Shown piece by piece: positions 1-9,134 of a DNA stretch of 64,000 nt. Made by a program: the position numbers and the translations under genes. How positions within the stretch are numbered: position 1 is the stretch's first letter; every line of letters starts with the position of its first letter. The notes under the pieces were generated by a model. That model searched no databases and had not been told where the DNA came from. It saw nothing but the letters and a program-made list of their open reading frames with translations. Source of the stretch: Parabacteroides sp. (GTDB lineage Bacteria; Bacteroidota; Bacteroidia; Bacteroidales; Tannerellaceae); the NCBI GenBank assembly GCA_028689545.1, contig JAQVCX010000007.1, positions 881 to 64,880 of the forward strand. Reading direction: 5' to 3'.

Positions 1-833
1 ACGATCGTCGCACGGGCACCTTTTCCCCATTTAGCGCTGCTTCGGGTAGATATGTAAATCTCGGCGGTACGAGGGCCTTCTGGATCTTGGGCGCAATAGG
101 TATAATACATCGTGTTTCCATCGGGAGAGAAAGAGGGAGTCCCTTCGTCGTATTCCGTATTCACCTCGTCTTCGAGCTCTACGGGAGCTAGCCATGTCCC
201 TTTCTCGTCTTGCTTGACAAGGAAGAGGTTGTTGTTGTTTTGCCCGGTGATAGCGCTGACTTTCGCTTCCTTGTCTTTCGAGCGGGAAGAGGCGAAGTAT
301 AGTTGGTCGTATTTATCTCCGGCTAGCATCGGACTGAACTCTCCTCGGCGGGAATTGAATTTGTCCATGCGCCTTACCTCGTAGCGGGTAGGATTTTTTT
401 TCCATCCGGGAGCTAGCTCGCATCCTTGTATGCCATTGATGGCTAATAAATCGCTAGGGTCGTTTTTCATATAGATATCGTAGTTCTTGATCGCCTCCGG
501 ATAACGTCCGGTCTTCTGTAGCATCTGGCCCATGCGTAGGTAGACGGTACTATCCGGGTAATCATAGCGGATGGCGTTCATATAGGCGCTAGTCGCTTTC
601 CCCGTATTATTGATCAAGCGGTTACACTCGGCCATACGGTAAGCGATATAGCCGCGTAAATCCCTTTTCTTCGGGGATGTTTTCGTGTAGACCTTACGAT
701 AAATGGCGGCTGCCTCATAGTATTCTCCGATACGCTGCTTCTCCTCGGCATCGCTCAACTTCGCCGATCTGCAGGAATACAAGGAAGACACGATAAGCAA
801 AAATAAAACATATATAGTAAAATGTGCTTTCAT
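1..833 (-). CDS. Lipoprotein with TPR and PD40/WD40-like repeats (PorE-like/OmpA-family), N-terminal part; runs off the left edge
   Basis: Manually translated from ATG at 833: MKAHFTIYVLFLLIVSSLYSC (lipobox), TPR-like helices (EYYEAAAIYRKVY, GRYPEAIKNY), then PD40-like motifs (NSRRGEFSP, EYDEGTPSFSPDGNTMYYT). Not in the ORF track because no stop lies inside the window. Confidence 0.75.
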   Translation of the reverse strand, partial: MKAHFTIYVLFLLIVSSLYSCRSAKLSDAEEKQRIGEYYEAAAIYRKVYTKTSPKKRDLRGYIAYRMAECNRLINNTGKATSAYMNAIRYDYPDSTVYLRMGQMLQKTGRYPEAIKNYDIYMKNDPSDLLAINGIQGCELAPGWKKNPTRYEVRRMDKFNSRRGEFSPMLAGDKYDQLYFASSRSKDKEAKVSAITGQNNNNLFLVKQDEKGTWLAPVELEDEVNTEYDEGTPSFSPDGNTMYYTYCAQDPEGPRTAEIYISTRSSAKWGKGARATI

Positions 834-854
834 TCAATCTGGGATATATTCGTG

Positions 855-912
855 CAAATATAACGAATTGTATGGGATCTTATTGTATGTTGAAAGAAAA
901 CAGTTACCTTTG
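855..912. promoter_or_regulatory. Back-to-back Bacteroidetes -7 boxes
   Basis: TATATTTG on the minus strand (855-862) upstream of the lipoprotein gene; TACCTTTG on the plus strand (905-912), 21 nt before the antitoxin ATG. Both fit the TAnnTTTG consensus. Confidence 0.65.
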
Positions 913-933
913 TAGGAAACGAAACCTATTCAG

Positions 934-1122
934 ATGAATCTATTAAGTAAGTCAAAAGTTGCTATGGCTATGGAAGGATTACCGGAGCATTTTTCTATAG
1001 ACCAGCTTGTCGATAAAATGTCTTTTGTCGATAAGGTCTGTGTTGGAATAAAAGAATCAGAAGAAGGGAAAGTGCTAACCAAACGGGAATGCCGGAATAA
1101 ATTAGCGAAATGGTTGAAGTAA
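934..1122 (+). CDS. Putative antitoxin (62 aa) of a ParE/RelE module
   Basis: Small ORF overlapping the toxin start by 13 bp; C-terminal pattern '[12 protein letters not shown]...KLAKWLK' is typical of partners upstream of ParE/RelE genes. Confidence 0.65.
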   Translation: MNLLSKSKVAMAMEGLPEHFSIDQLVDKMSFVDKVCVGIKESEEGKVLTKRECRNKLAKWLK

Positions 1123-1442
1123 AATGGACTGATTTCGCGATTCAAAACCTTAATGAAATCGGAGATTATATAGAGAAGGAGAGCTATACCTCGTATGCCT
1201 CCCGAGTTGTAAGTGGATTGTTTGCGGCGGTAGATGTCTTAGAACGTTTTCCTTTGGCCGGACGTATGGTTCCGGAGTTTCAAGATACGGCTATAAGAGA
1301 GCTTATCCGAATGAATCATTATCGGATTGTTTACAGAGTGGTTAATGAGAGCCGAATAGATATTTTAACTGTTCACCATTCGGCTCGTATTTTACATACA
1401 TCTATATTAACAATGAGCTATCCCCATAACTCAAGAACCTGA
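1110..1442 (+). CDS. ParE/RelE-family type II toxin
   Basis: '[18 protein letters not shown]...[13 protein letters not shown]...[16 protein letters not shown]...[11 protein letters not shown]' is a ParE-family pattern. Confidence 0.85.
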   Translation: MVEVKWTDFAIQNLNEIGDYIEKESYTSYASRVVSGLFAAVDVLERFPLAGRMVPEFQDTAIRELIRMNHYRIVYRVVNESRIDILTVHHSARILHTSILTMSYPHNSRT

Positions 1443-2616
1443 AATCATGATCTAAGGCATATTCATAGATGGATTTCCAGTTTCCTTTCACGAAAGCGGA
1501 GATCAGCAGAAGCAAGGTGCTCTTGGGCTGGTGGAAGTTGGTGACGATTCCTCTCACGATCTTGAACTCATAGCCTGGGGCGATGATGATCTGTGTAGCC
1601 GTTACCAATGCGTCCGCATGATGCTTATCCAGATAATCGAGGATGTTTTGAAGGGAACGCTCCGCTGTCAGCCGGTTGTTATCCGGGTCGTAAGGCATCC
1701 ATTGCTTTACGACAAGATCCTCGGAAGTCGCTTCCGGGTTGCTCTCAAGAATCACGCCCATGTAATAGAGACTTTCCAAGGTTCGTACGGAAGTCGTTCC
1801 TACGGCGATGATATTTCCAAGGTTGCTTTTGACGCGTTCGATGGAGCTACGGCGGACGGAGATAAATTCCGTGTGCATCTCGTGTCCCTCGATCGTGTCG
1901 CTTTTTACCGGCTTAAAGGTGCCCGCTCCGACATGTAAGGTGACTTCTTCCCGTCCGATGCCCCGAGCGTCTATATCAGCGAGTACCTCCGGCGTGAAAT
2001 GAAGTCCGGCGGTAGGTGCTGCTACCGATCCTTTTATCTTGGAATAGACTGTTTGATAGGTCTGGAGGTCGCTCTTTTCTGTCTCCCTATGCAAATAAGG
2101 AGGGATCGGCAAGACCCCGGCGGCATCCAAGATATCGGCGAACGTATAGGCCTCGTTATCCCAAGTGAACTCGATCAAATGCGTGTCGCCATGAGACTTC
2201 TTCTTATCCGCGGTCAGCACGACCGGTTGATCCTTGATAAGGATCGTTTTGGATAAAGTACCCTCTTTCCATTTCTTAAGGTTGCCAACCAAGCAAGTCC
2301 AGCTACAGCGCCGGGTCTCTTGAAAAATCAAGGCGTAATCATGCGGCTCGATAGGCTCCAAGCAGAAAATCTCGATGCGTGCGCCAGTTTCTTTCTGGAA
2401 AAGCAGGCGGGCTTGTATGACCCGGGTATTATTGAATACCATCAAGGCGTTCTGGGGGAGATAATCCGTGATATGCTTAAAGATACTTTCGCTTATTTCC
2501 CCGTTACGGTAGAGTAAGAGTTTAGACTCATCTCGTTTAGGTAAGGGGAATTTGGCTATTCGCTCATCGGGGAGCGAATAGTCATATTGGTCAATACGTA
2601 TGTCTCGTGGGTTCAT
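1402..2616 (-). CDS. queA: S-adenosylmethionine:tRNA ribosyltransferase-isomerase
   Basis: Motifs 'YDYSLPDERIAKFP', 'VFNNTRVIQARL', 'LPIPPYL', 'GSVAAPTAGLHFT', 'TLHVGAGTF', 'VTNFHQPKSTL', 'FRFLSYGD'. Confidence 0.97.
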   Translation of the reverse strand: MNPRDIRIDQYDYSLPDERIAKFPLPKRDESKLLLYRNGEISESIFKHITDYLPQNALMVFNNTRVIQARLLFQKETGARIEIFCLEPIEPHDYALIFQETRRCSWTCLVGNLKKWKEGTLSKTILIKDQPVVLTADKKKSHGDTHLIEFTWDNEAYTFADILDAAGVLPIPPYLHRETEKSDLQTYQTVYSKIKGSVAAPTAGLHFTPEVLADIDARGIGREEVTLHVGAGTFKPVKSDTIEGHEMHTEFISVRRSSIERVKSNLGNIIAVGTTSVRTLESLYYMGVILESNPEATSEDLVVKQWMPYDPDNNRLTAERSLQNILDYLDKHHADALVTATQIIIAPGYEFKIVRGIVTNFHQPKSTLLLLISAFVKGNWKSIYEYALDHDFRFLSYGDSSLLI

Positions 2617-2834
2617 TTACTACTTGTTTGCAACTAATTTGCGAGCAAATATAGGTAACGAGGTTGGATTCTTGGCAGGATTGGGGGAATTTAACTTTTA
2701 TTGGAATTGATACTCATTTTAAATGCGAGCCACTTTCTTGATCCGTATTGAGGCTCTAAGTCAAGTCATCTTAGACCTAAGATAATCGGTCGGCGACCTT
2801 ATGTGTTTTAGATCTAAGATGGGATGGGGAGATA

Positions 2835-3470
2835 TTAGCGGACGGGGGATTTTATGAGTGTCGCACTGTTATAGCCGATACTATCCCCATGTAGGCAGAC
2901 TTGTGTCAGTTGGATATCGCATGTGTTTCTATAGCGTAGGGCGAAGGTATCTACATCGTTGTTCGTCCACTCTACGACGATGGGTAGCCACAACTCCTTG
3001 ACGGGTATGACCACGGAATCTGCCACGCTGCTAACTGGGCGTTTGCCATAAAACCGAATGGAATCGCCGGTCTCCTCGAATTGATCCAAAAAATAGTGGA
3101 TCGTCTCCGGATAGATCGAGATGACTGAATTATCCGTGTTATATGCGAGCGTGAAAGTATTGCTGGTGTCGCTTTCCGTGTAGTTCACTTTCCGGATGGC
3201 AATATATCCTTCTTTCGGTGTGCCGGTCTCATCGTAGTCGCAATCAAGGATAGGGTTAGCATCCTTGTCGATCACGGATAGATACAGTTGTGGGGAGTGG
3301 TTTGCGCACTCGATCTCGAATATATCGGATAACGTGTCCTGTGGTTCTCTGGAAGGATCGGGTATTTCTTCCTGATCCGGATTTCTGGATACCGTGTCTA
3401 CATCCTTTTCGCCGCAAGCTATTAACTGGGCGAGGAAAATTACTAGCAATAAATTGAATACTTGTCTCAT
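2835..3470 (-). CDS. Hypothetical lipoprotein (211 aa), co-transcribed with the C10 protease
   Basis: Lipobox 'LIAC' followed by acidic 'GEKDVD'; starts 11 bp after the protease stop. No family recognised. Confidence 0.75.
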   Translation of the reverse strand: MRQVFNLLLVIFLAQLIACGEKDVDTVSRNPDQEEIPDPSREPQDTLSDIFEIECANHSPQLYLSVIDKDANPILDCDYDETGTPKEGYIAIRKVNYTESDTSNTFTLAYNTDNSVISIYPETIHYFLDQFEETGDSIRFYGKRPVSSVADSVVIPVKELWLPIVVEWTNNDVDTFALRYRNTCDIQLTQVCLHGDSIGYNSATLIKSPVR

Positions 3471-3481
3471 GGTATATGTGA

Positions 3482-4783
3482 TTAGTAGGGTTTAATATTC
3501 GTTATTGTCATCATACCTGATGTATATAAGAATGATCCGGAAGTATAGGCACTTGTCGTTGTGACTAAATAGTAGCCATTGCTTGATCCATTCCATCCTA
3601 AATTAAAATATAGATAATAATTTGTTCCCGTTTCCCCTGTATAACTTTCTTCCGTCGGGCTATTGGGGCACTCTCTAACCATTTTTTCCGCCCAATCTTT
3701 TGTTTGATATCCTTCGACGACCCATGCATGTCCAACTCCTCCTGTACGAATACCTCTCATATATACAGGTCTGTTTGAATCCAGATCTGTTTTTACCTTT
3801 GAGAAATTGTAAGAACTAATTAGCATATTTGTATTATATCCCATTAAGGTAAAGGCTTCATAAGCGGAATATATATTAGAGCCACTACCGTCACATCCAT
3901 AGGACATAGAGCATTTGTCTCCTATTTCTGCTAATAAGTTAGCGACTTGCGATCTATATGTATTGTTTGTTAAATTCCTTGCGTTGGCAACAGATTTTAT
4001 TCCTGTCCAATTGTAGGAGGTATTTCTTGTTTTCATGTTTACTGGATGTATGTAACTACCAGAAGTTGGTTTCTGATGATGTGCCATGATTTGTGCGATG
4101 GCGATAGCGACACATCCTGCAGGATCTTTTTGTGATGTGCTAACGCATGTAGGCAGGCTATCGTTATAAGGAGATGGGCTTTGTCCCCATGTAAGGTTCA
4201 TCGCACACTTTTTAGTGGTTGTTTTTATTATTTCATCGAAAAGTCCTGTATCGCAAGGGTCATCAGCCGCTGTCAAATCTGTTTGAAACTCGTTGATTGA
4301 CTTACTTATGAAATTGTCTGTTTGCTCGAAGAATATATGTTCGAATTCGGGTAAACCGGACATATCCCACATGCCGGAGTCGGAAAAAGCCAAGACTTTT
4401 CCTAAGGCTCTCCTATCTCCAACTTTGACAACAAAACCTTTCTTATCCCCTGTTTGGGTTTTGAAATTGATGATGTAAACAGGAATATTTTCAAAAGCCT
4501 CATTTGTGTTTAAGTAGGTAATTTGTTGTTGGTTTTGTATTGAGATTGGACGGTAAACAGTTTGAACCTCTGGAATAAGGCTGTCTGTTTGCGATTTCGT
4601 AATGGCAACTTGACCATTTAGGAATAACTTGGCGGATGTGATGGCTTCTTGCTCTCCGATTATGTTTTCGTTCATTTGTTCGTTTGCAAGGTTCTTGTTG
4701 TTCTCCCCGTGATTCATGTTATCGCAGGACATACCAAGCCCGCAAAACAGTACTACAGAAAGGAAAAGAATCTGTTTTTTCAT
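3482..4783 (-). CDS. C10-family (streptopain-like) cysteine protease, lipoprotein, with Spi/I69-like prodomain
   Basis: Lipobox 'GMSC'; prodomain 'VYIINF...GFVVKVGDRR...KVLAFSDSG'; 'TWGQ', catalytic Cys in 'PAGCVAIAIAQIM', His in 'GHAWVVEGY', and 'YFNLGWNG'. Confidence 0.92.
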   Translation of the reverse strand: MKKQILFLSVVLFCGLGMSCDNMNHGENNKNLANEQMNENIIGEQEAITSAKLFLNGQVAITKSQTDSLIPEVQTVYRPISIQNQQQITYLNTNEAFENIPVYIINFKTQTGDKKGFVVKVGDRRALGKVLAFSDSGMWDMSGLPEFEHIFFEQTDNFISKSINEFQTDLTAADDPCDTGLFDEIIKTTTKKCAMNLTWGQSPSPYNDSLPTCVSTSQKDPAGCVAIAIAQIMAHHQKPTSGSYIHPVNMKTRNTSYNWTGIKSVANARNLTNNTYRSQVANLLAEIGDKCSMSYGCDGSGSNIYSAYEAFTLMGYNTNMLISSYNFSKVKTDLDSNRPVYMRGIRTGGVGHAWVVEGYQTKDWAEKMVRECPNSPTEESYTGETGTNYYLYFNLGWNGSSNGYYLVTTTSAYTSGSFLYTSGMMTITNIKPY

Positions 4784-4811
4784 GATTGTTGATTTAAAAT
4801 TATAAACGTAA

Positions 4812-4819
4812 CAAATATA
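4812..4819 (-). promoter_or_regulatory. -7 box of the C10 protease operon
   Basis: TATATTTG on the minus strand, 28 nt upstream of ATG 4783 and 2 nt from the target duplication of the IS remnant. Confidence 0.6.
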
Positions 4820-4829
4820 TACATTTCTA

Positions 4830-5316
4830 GGCTCAGTTGTAAAAATCCGTGGATAAAATATCCAGTTTTAATGTTATTTAGCACGTAAGAGTCTTCTATG
4901 TGTCTATGGTTAATTTTTTTACGACATAGCAACAAAGAAATCCCTTTTTGATTATAAAACTCTGGCAGTAAATATACTGCCAGAAGGTATTCTTAAATGT
5001 TTTGATGTAACAAACGTTGAAGAAGACCATACCGGTATCCTCGAAGAAACCGGTCGTGAAAGAATCGTGCTCCACCTTTATCTGGATGAAAAGGATACCT
5101 GTGAGGTTAAATGGCACGATTAGCAACCCAACGGATTCACAGAGATCCGTTTGATAAATGAGTTCCCCATTCGTGATCGGAAGGCGAACGTCTAGCCGAG
5201 GGCCCAACTCAGAGGAATACAAGACTTGCTTTTCTTTATGTATAGATGCGCTATGATCTTTGGATAAGGAGGCATACAAGAAAGATGGATAATCCACGGA
5301 CTTTTATGACTGAGCC
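4830..5316 (+). mobile_element. Non-autonomous, internally deleted ISL3/ISAon1-like element (487 bp)
   Basis: 25-bp terminal inverted repeats with 22/25 identity (4830-4854 GGCTCAGTTGTAAAAATCCGTGGAT; 5292-5316 reverse complement GGCTCAGTCATAAAAGTCCGTGGAT). Exact 8-bp flanking direct repeat CATTTCTA (4822-4829 and 5317-5324). GGCTC ends with an 8-bp duplication fit the ISL3 family. Confidence 0.88.
4950..5266 (+). pseudogene. Fused relics of an ISAon1-type N-terminal ORF and a transposase C-terminus
   Basis: 4950-5192 reads DYKTLAVNILPEGILKCFDVTNVEE...LHLYLDEKD...*QPNGFTEIRLINEFPIRDRKA, with in-frame TAG at 5121 and 5193. 5199-5266 reads RAQLRGIQDL-(frameshift)-FFMYRCAMIFG*. Family assignment is from recalled Bacteroidetes ISL3-like sequences. 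Confidence 0.75.
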
Positions 5317-5415
5317 CATTTCTATTTGATGTTCTGATAAATTAAGGTGGATATTGTTGGATTTTTTTTTCTCTTACTTACCTTTGTCCTGTGAATGTAA
5401 ATAATAGTAAGGTAT

Positions 5416-6471
5416 ATGATGAAAATAGGTGATAAAGTTCGCTTCCTGAATAGTGTGGGAGGCGGTGTCGTACGTGGATTCCAAGGAAAGGATCAAGTGT
5501 TGGTTGAGGATGAGGATGGTTTTGAGGTGCCTGCCTTGATCAAGGAATGTGTCGTGGTGGGGGGGAACGATATGCAGGTGCATAGCTCGAACCGTCCGAA
5601 AGTGCAGGCTCCGGTAGAGACTCCTTCCCCGAGGAAGCCCGAGCCGAAAGAGGAGAAGATCGAGGAGACACCGGAAGGAGAGCGTCTGAATGTATATCTG
5701 GCTTATCTTCCGGTCGATCCGAAGGCGTTTCAGCAATGCGGCTATGAGACGTATTTCGTGAATGATAGCAATTACTATTTGTTCTTCAATTATATGAACC
5801 GGACGAATAATAGCTGGATGAGCCGTTACAACGGGATCATCGAGCCGAATACGAAAATATTCTTGGAGGAGTTTGGCAAGCCGGAGTTGAATGATCTGGA
5901 AAGGATCTGTGTGCAACTGATCGCTTTCAAGAAGGATAAGCCCTATTCATTGAAAAACGCCGTGTCGGTAGAGTTGCATTTAGATACGGTTAAATTCTAT
6001 AAGCTTCACTGCTTTATGGAGAATGATTTCTTCGAGGAGGATGCCTTGGTTTATTCGGTGGTCCGCAATGATTTGCCCGAAAAAGAATTATTGGTCTCCG
6101 CTGCGGAGTTGCAGGAGGCTATGCAGCAAAAGGTTCGTGAGGAGCGTAGGGTTCCCCAGCAAATCGTGAAGAAGAAGCCGACCAATAGCGCTATCCTTGA
6201 GGTAGACTTGCATATAACCGAGTTGCTGGATAACACGAATGGATTGACTAGCGCGGATATGCTGACTTACCAACTGGAGAAATTTCACGAGGTGCTGGCA
6301 CAATACGCTTCAAAGAAAGGGCAGAAGATCGTCTTTATCCACGGAAAAGGGGATGGCGTGCTGCGTAAGGCGATCGAGAAAGAATTGAAGACTCGCTATA
6401 AGCAATATTATTTCCAAGACGCTTCTTTCCGTGAATATGGCTTTGGTGCGACTATGGTAACGATAAAGTAG
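5416..6471 (+). CDS. DUF2027/Smr-domain protein
   Basis: N-terminal 'MKIGDKVRFLNSVGGG'; C-terminal Smr domain 'EVDLHI...IVFIHGKGDGVLRKAI...GFGATMV'. TACCTTTG box at 5379-5386. Confidence 0.88.
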   Translation: MMKIGDKVRFLNSVGGGVVRGFQGKDQVLVEDEDGFEVPALIKECVVVGGNDMQVHSSNRPKVQAPVETPSPRKPEPKEEKIEETPEGERLNVYLAYLPVDPKAFQQCGYETYFVNDSNYYLFFNYMNRTNNSWMSRYNGIIEPNTKIFLEEFGKPELNDLERICVQLIAFKKDKPYSLKNAVSVELHLDTVKFYKLHCFMENDFFEEDALVYSVVRNDLPEKELLVSAAELQEAMQQKVREERRVPQQIVKKKPTNSAILEVDLHITELLDNTNGLTSADMLTYQLEKFHEVLAQYASKKGQKIVFIHGKGDGVLRKAIEKELKTRYKQYYFQDASFREYGFGATMVTIK

Positions 6472-6497
6472 TAATCATACGTTTAAAGCCAGGACAT

Positions 6498-6971
6498 ATG
6501 GCCATAGAGATAGAACGGAAATTTCTGGTCTCCGGCGATTTCTTGCCGGAGACTACTAGCTCCACTCGTATCGTGCAGGGATATATTTGCTCACAGCCCG
6601 GGCGTACGGTTCGTATCCGTATCCGGGCAGAGGAGGGATTCCTTACCATCAAGGGCGCTTCGGATGAGAAAGGGTTGAGCCGTTATGAGTTCGAGCGAAA
6701 GATTCCATTGGAGGATGCCGAGCGATTGTTGGAGCTTTGCGAGCCGGGTGCGATCGACAAGGTTCGTTATCTGGTTCCCAAAGGTCGTCATACGTGGGAA
6801 GTCGATGTCTTCCACGGCGCGAATGAGGGATTGATCCTCGCGGAGATCGAGTTATCGTCTGAGGGCGAGCCTTTCGAGAAGCCGGCTTGGCTGGGTAAGG
6901 AGGTGAGTGGAGATCGCCGTTATTATAATTCAATGTTGACAAAACATCCTTTTAATAGTTCAAATACATGA
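6498..6971 (+). CDS. CYTH-domain protein (triphosphate tunnel fold)
   Basis: 'EIERKFLV', 'IVQGY', 'VRIRI', 'LTIKG', 'RYEFE', 'KVRY', 'WEVDVF', 'AEIEL'. Confidence 0.92.
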   Translation: MAIEIERKFLVSGDFLPETTSSTRIVQGYICSQPGRTVRIRIRAEEGFLTIKGASDEKGLSRYEFERKIPLEDAERLLELCEPGAIDKVRYLVPKGRHTWEVDVFHGANEGLILAEIELSSEGEPFEKPAWLGKEVSGDRRYYNSMLTKHPFNSSNT

Positions 6972-9127
6972 AGAAACTCTTTTTATCTGTAGCGGCCGCT
7001 ATATTGGCGTTTCCGGCCTTGGCCGATGAGGGCATGTGGCTGCTTCCTTTATTGAAGCAACAGAAGTTTGCGGAGATGCAAGCCCTTGGTCTGCGCTTAA
7101 GCGATCAGGAAGTGTATAGCGCCGAGGCTCCTTCCTTGAAAGATGCCGTGGTTCGTTTCGGAGGAGGCTGTACGGGCGAGATGATCTCTCCTGACGGGTT
7201 GGTGCTGACGAACCATCATTGTGGTTATGGTAGCATCCAACGGCATAGTACCTTGGAACATGATTATCTGACGGACGGCTTTTGGGCGATGTCTCGTGAT
7301 AAGGAGCTTCCGAATCCGGGATTGACAGTTACCTTTATCGATAAGATCGACGACGTGACGGATTATGTGAGGACGGAACTGAAAAAGATCTCGGATCCGA
7401 ACAGTATGGATTTCTTGTCCGCTAAGTACTTGAACGGCCTCGCTAAAGCGAAAGTGGGTGAGAAGTTCTTGCAGGATAACCCCGGTACGGAAGTCGAGAT
7501 CAAGGCTTTTTATGGAGGTAATAAATACTATATGTTTACCAAGAAGATCTATTCGGATATCCGTTTAGTCGGTGCCCCGCCTTCCTCTATCGGTAAGTTC
7601 GGCGCGGATACGGATAACTGGATGTGGCCTCGCCACACCGGAGACTTCTCTCTTTTCCGTGTGTATGCCGACGCTAACGGAAATCCGGCATCTTATTCGG
7701 AAACCAATGTCCCGCTTCATCCGAAGCGTTGGCTGAAGCTCTCGATAAAAGGTGTGGAGGAGAACGATTATGCCATGATCATGGGTTTCCCCGGCCGTAC
7801 CAATAAATACTATACCTCATGGGAGGTAGCCGAACGCCGGGATATAGATAATGCGGTGCGTATCAATATCCGTAATCTCCGTCAGGAGGCGATGCTGGAG
7901 GAAATGTTGAAAGATCCGCAAGTCCGGATTCAATACGCTAGTAAGTATGCGGGTTCTACGAACGCTTATAAGAATGCGATTGGTAGTGACTGGGCGATCA
8001 ACAAACGTAATTTTGAGCAGGTGAAGACTGATGAGCAGAATCGTTTGATCGCTTGGTCGAAGAAGATGTGTGAGCCTGCTTATCCGGAAGCGCTTCTTAC
8101 ATTGGAGCAGATCATTAATGATCGTAAGGATTTGCGCTTCCGTAGTTGGATGCTGGATGAGGCATTGAGCCGTGGCATCGAGTTCTCGAAAGTACCGACC
8201 GATATCGAGCCTGTATGTGAGGCTTTGGAGGGAAAAGATCGTGCCGAGCACCAAAAACAAGTCACTCAATTGGAGGGGGCTTTCCATCGTTTCGCCGATA
8301 AGGATTATGCGCCGATGGTTGATAAGAAGATAGCGAAAGTCTTGCTAAAGGAATATAGGCGGTTGGTCGCTCCGAAGTCACAGCCGGCTTATTTTTCCAT
8401 AATCGATAGTAAGTTTAAGGGGGATGTGGATAAATTCGTGGATTATCTGTTTGATAAATCGATCTATGGGAGCGAGAAGAACTTTAATAAGTTCAAGGAG
8501 CATCCGTCTGTCAAAACTTTGAGAGAGGATCCGATGATCCTGTTCGCCCAATCCGTAAAGGATGAGAAGAAGGCGTTGGATAAGGCCTTGGCTGATTTTG
8601 ATGCCGGATATGCGATCGCCCATCGTGCGTATGTGAAAGGACTTTTAGCGATGTACGGAGACTTGGCTAGTTTCCCGGACGCGAACTCTACGCTTCGTCT
8701 GGCTTATGGGCAGGTGAAAGGTTACAGTCCTCGTGATTGCGATTACTACGGTCATCAAACTACTTTAGACGGCGTGATGGAGAAGGAAGATTCCACGAAT
8801 TGGGAATTTGTGGTTCCCGCTCGTTTGAAAGAATTATATCAAGCGGGCGACTTTGGCCCTTATAAGATGCCGAACGGTAAGATGCCGGTTGCCTTCTGCG
8901 CTACGACCCATACAACGGGTGGAAACTCCGGAAGTCCGGTATTGAATGGACAAGGGGAGCTGATCGGTATCAACTTCGACCGTAATTGGGAAGGCGTAGG
9001 AGGAGATATCCAATATCTGCCCGACTATCAACGCAGTATTATCGTAGATATCCGTTATGTCCTATTCCTAATCGATAAATATGCCGGGGCCGGCTATTTA
9101 TTGGATGAGGTGGAATTCTCCAGATAG
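6968..9127 (+). CDS. dpp11: S46 dipeptidyl peptidase, DPP11-type (Asp/Glu-specific predicted)
   Basis: 'ADEGMWL', 'TNHHCG', 'DNWMWPRHTGDF', 'THTTGGNSGSPV', and 'FDRNWEGVGGDIQY' with Arg at the S1 position (DPP7 has FDGNWE). ATGA overlap with the CYTH gene. Confidence 0.85.
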   Translation: MKKLFLSVAAAILAFPALADEGMWLLPLLKQQKFAEMQALGLRLSDQEVYSAEAPSLKDAVVRFGGGCTGEMISPDGLVLTNHHCGYGSIQRHSTLEHDYLTDGFWAMSRDKELPNPGLTVTFIDKIDDVTDYVRTELKKISDPNSMDFLSAKYLNGLAKAKVGEKFLQDNPGTEVEIKAFYGGNKYYMFTKKIYSDIRLVGAPPSSIGKFGADTDNWMWPRHTGDFSLFRVYADANGNPASYSETNVPLHPKRWLKLSIKGVEENDYAMIMGFPGRTNKYYTSWEVAERRDIDNAVRINIRNLRQEAMLEEMLKDPQVRIQYASKYAGSTNAYKNAIGSDWAINKRNFEQVKTDEQNRLIAWSKKMCEPAYPEALLTLEQIINDRKDLRFRSWMLDEALSRGIEFSKVPTDIEPVCEALEGKDRAEHQKQVTQLEGAFHRFADKDYAPMVDKKIAKVLLKEYRRLVAPKSQPAYFSIIDSKFKGDVDKFVDYLFDKSIYGSEKNFNKFKEHPSVKTLREDPMILFAQSVKDEKKALDKALADFDAGYAIAHRAYVKGLLAMYGDLASFPDANSTLRLAYGQVKGYSPRDCDYYGHQTTLDGVMEKEDSTNWEFVVPARLKELYQAGDFGPYKMPNGKMPVAFCATTHTTGGNSGSPVLNGQGELIGINFDRNWEGVGGDIQYLPDYQRSIIVDIRYVLFLIDKYAGAGYLLDEVEFSR

Positions 9128-9134
9128 AAAGTAA

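Noticed and set aside
4896-5297. 133-aa minus-strand ORF
   Set aside because: It is the antisense shadow of the decayed IS reading frames on the plus strand and starts inside the right inverted repeat.
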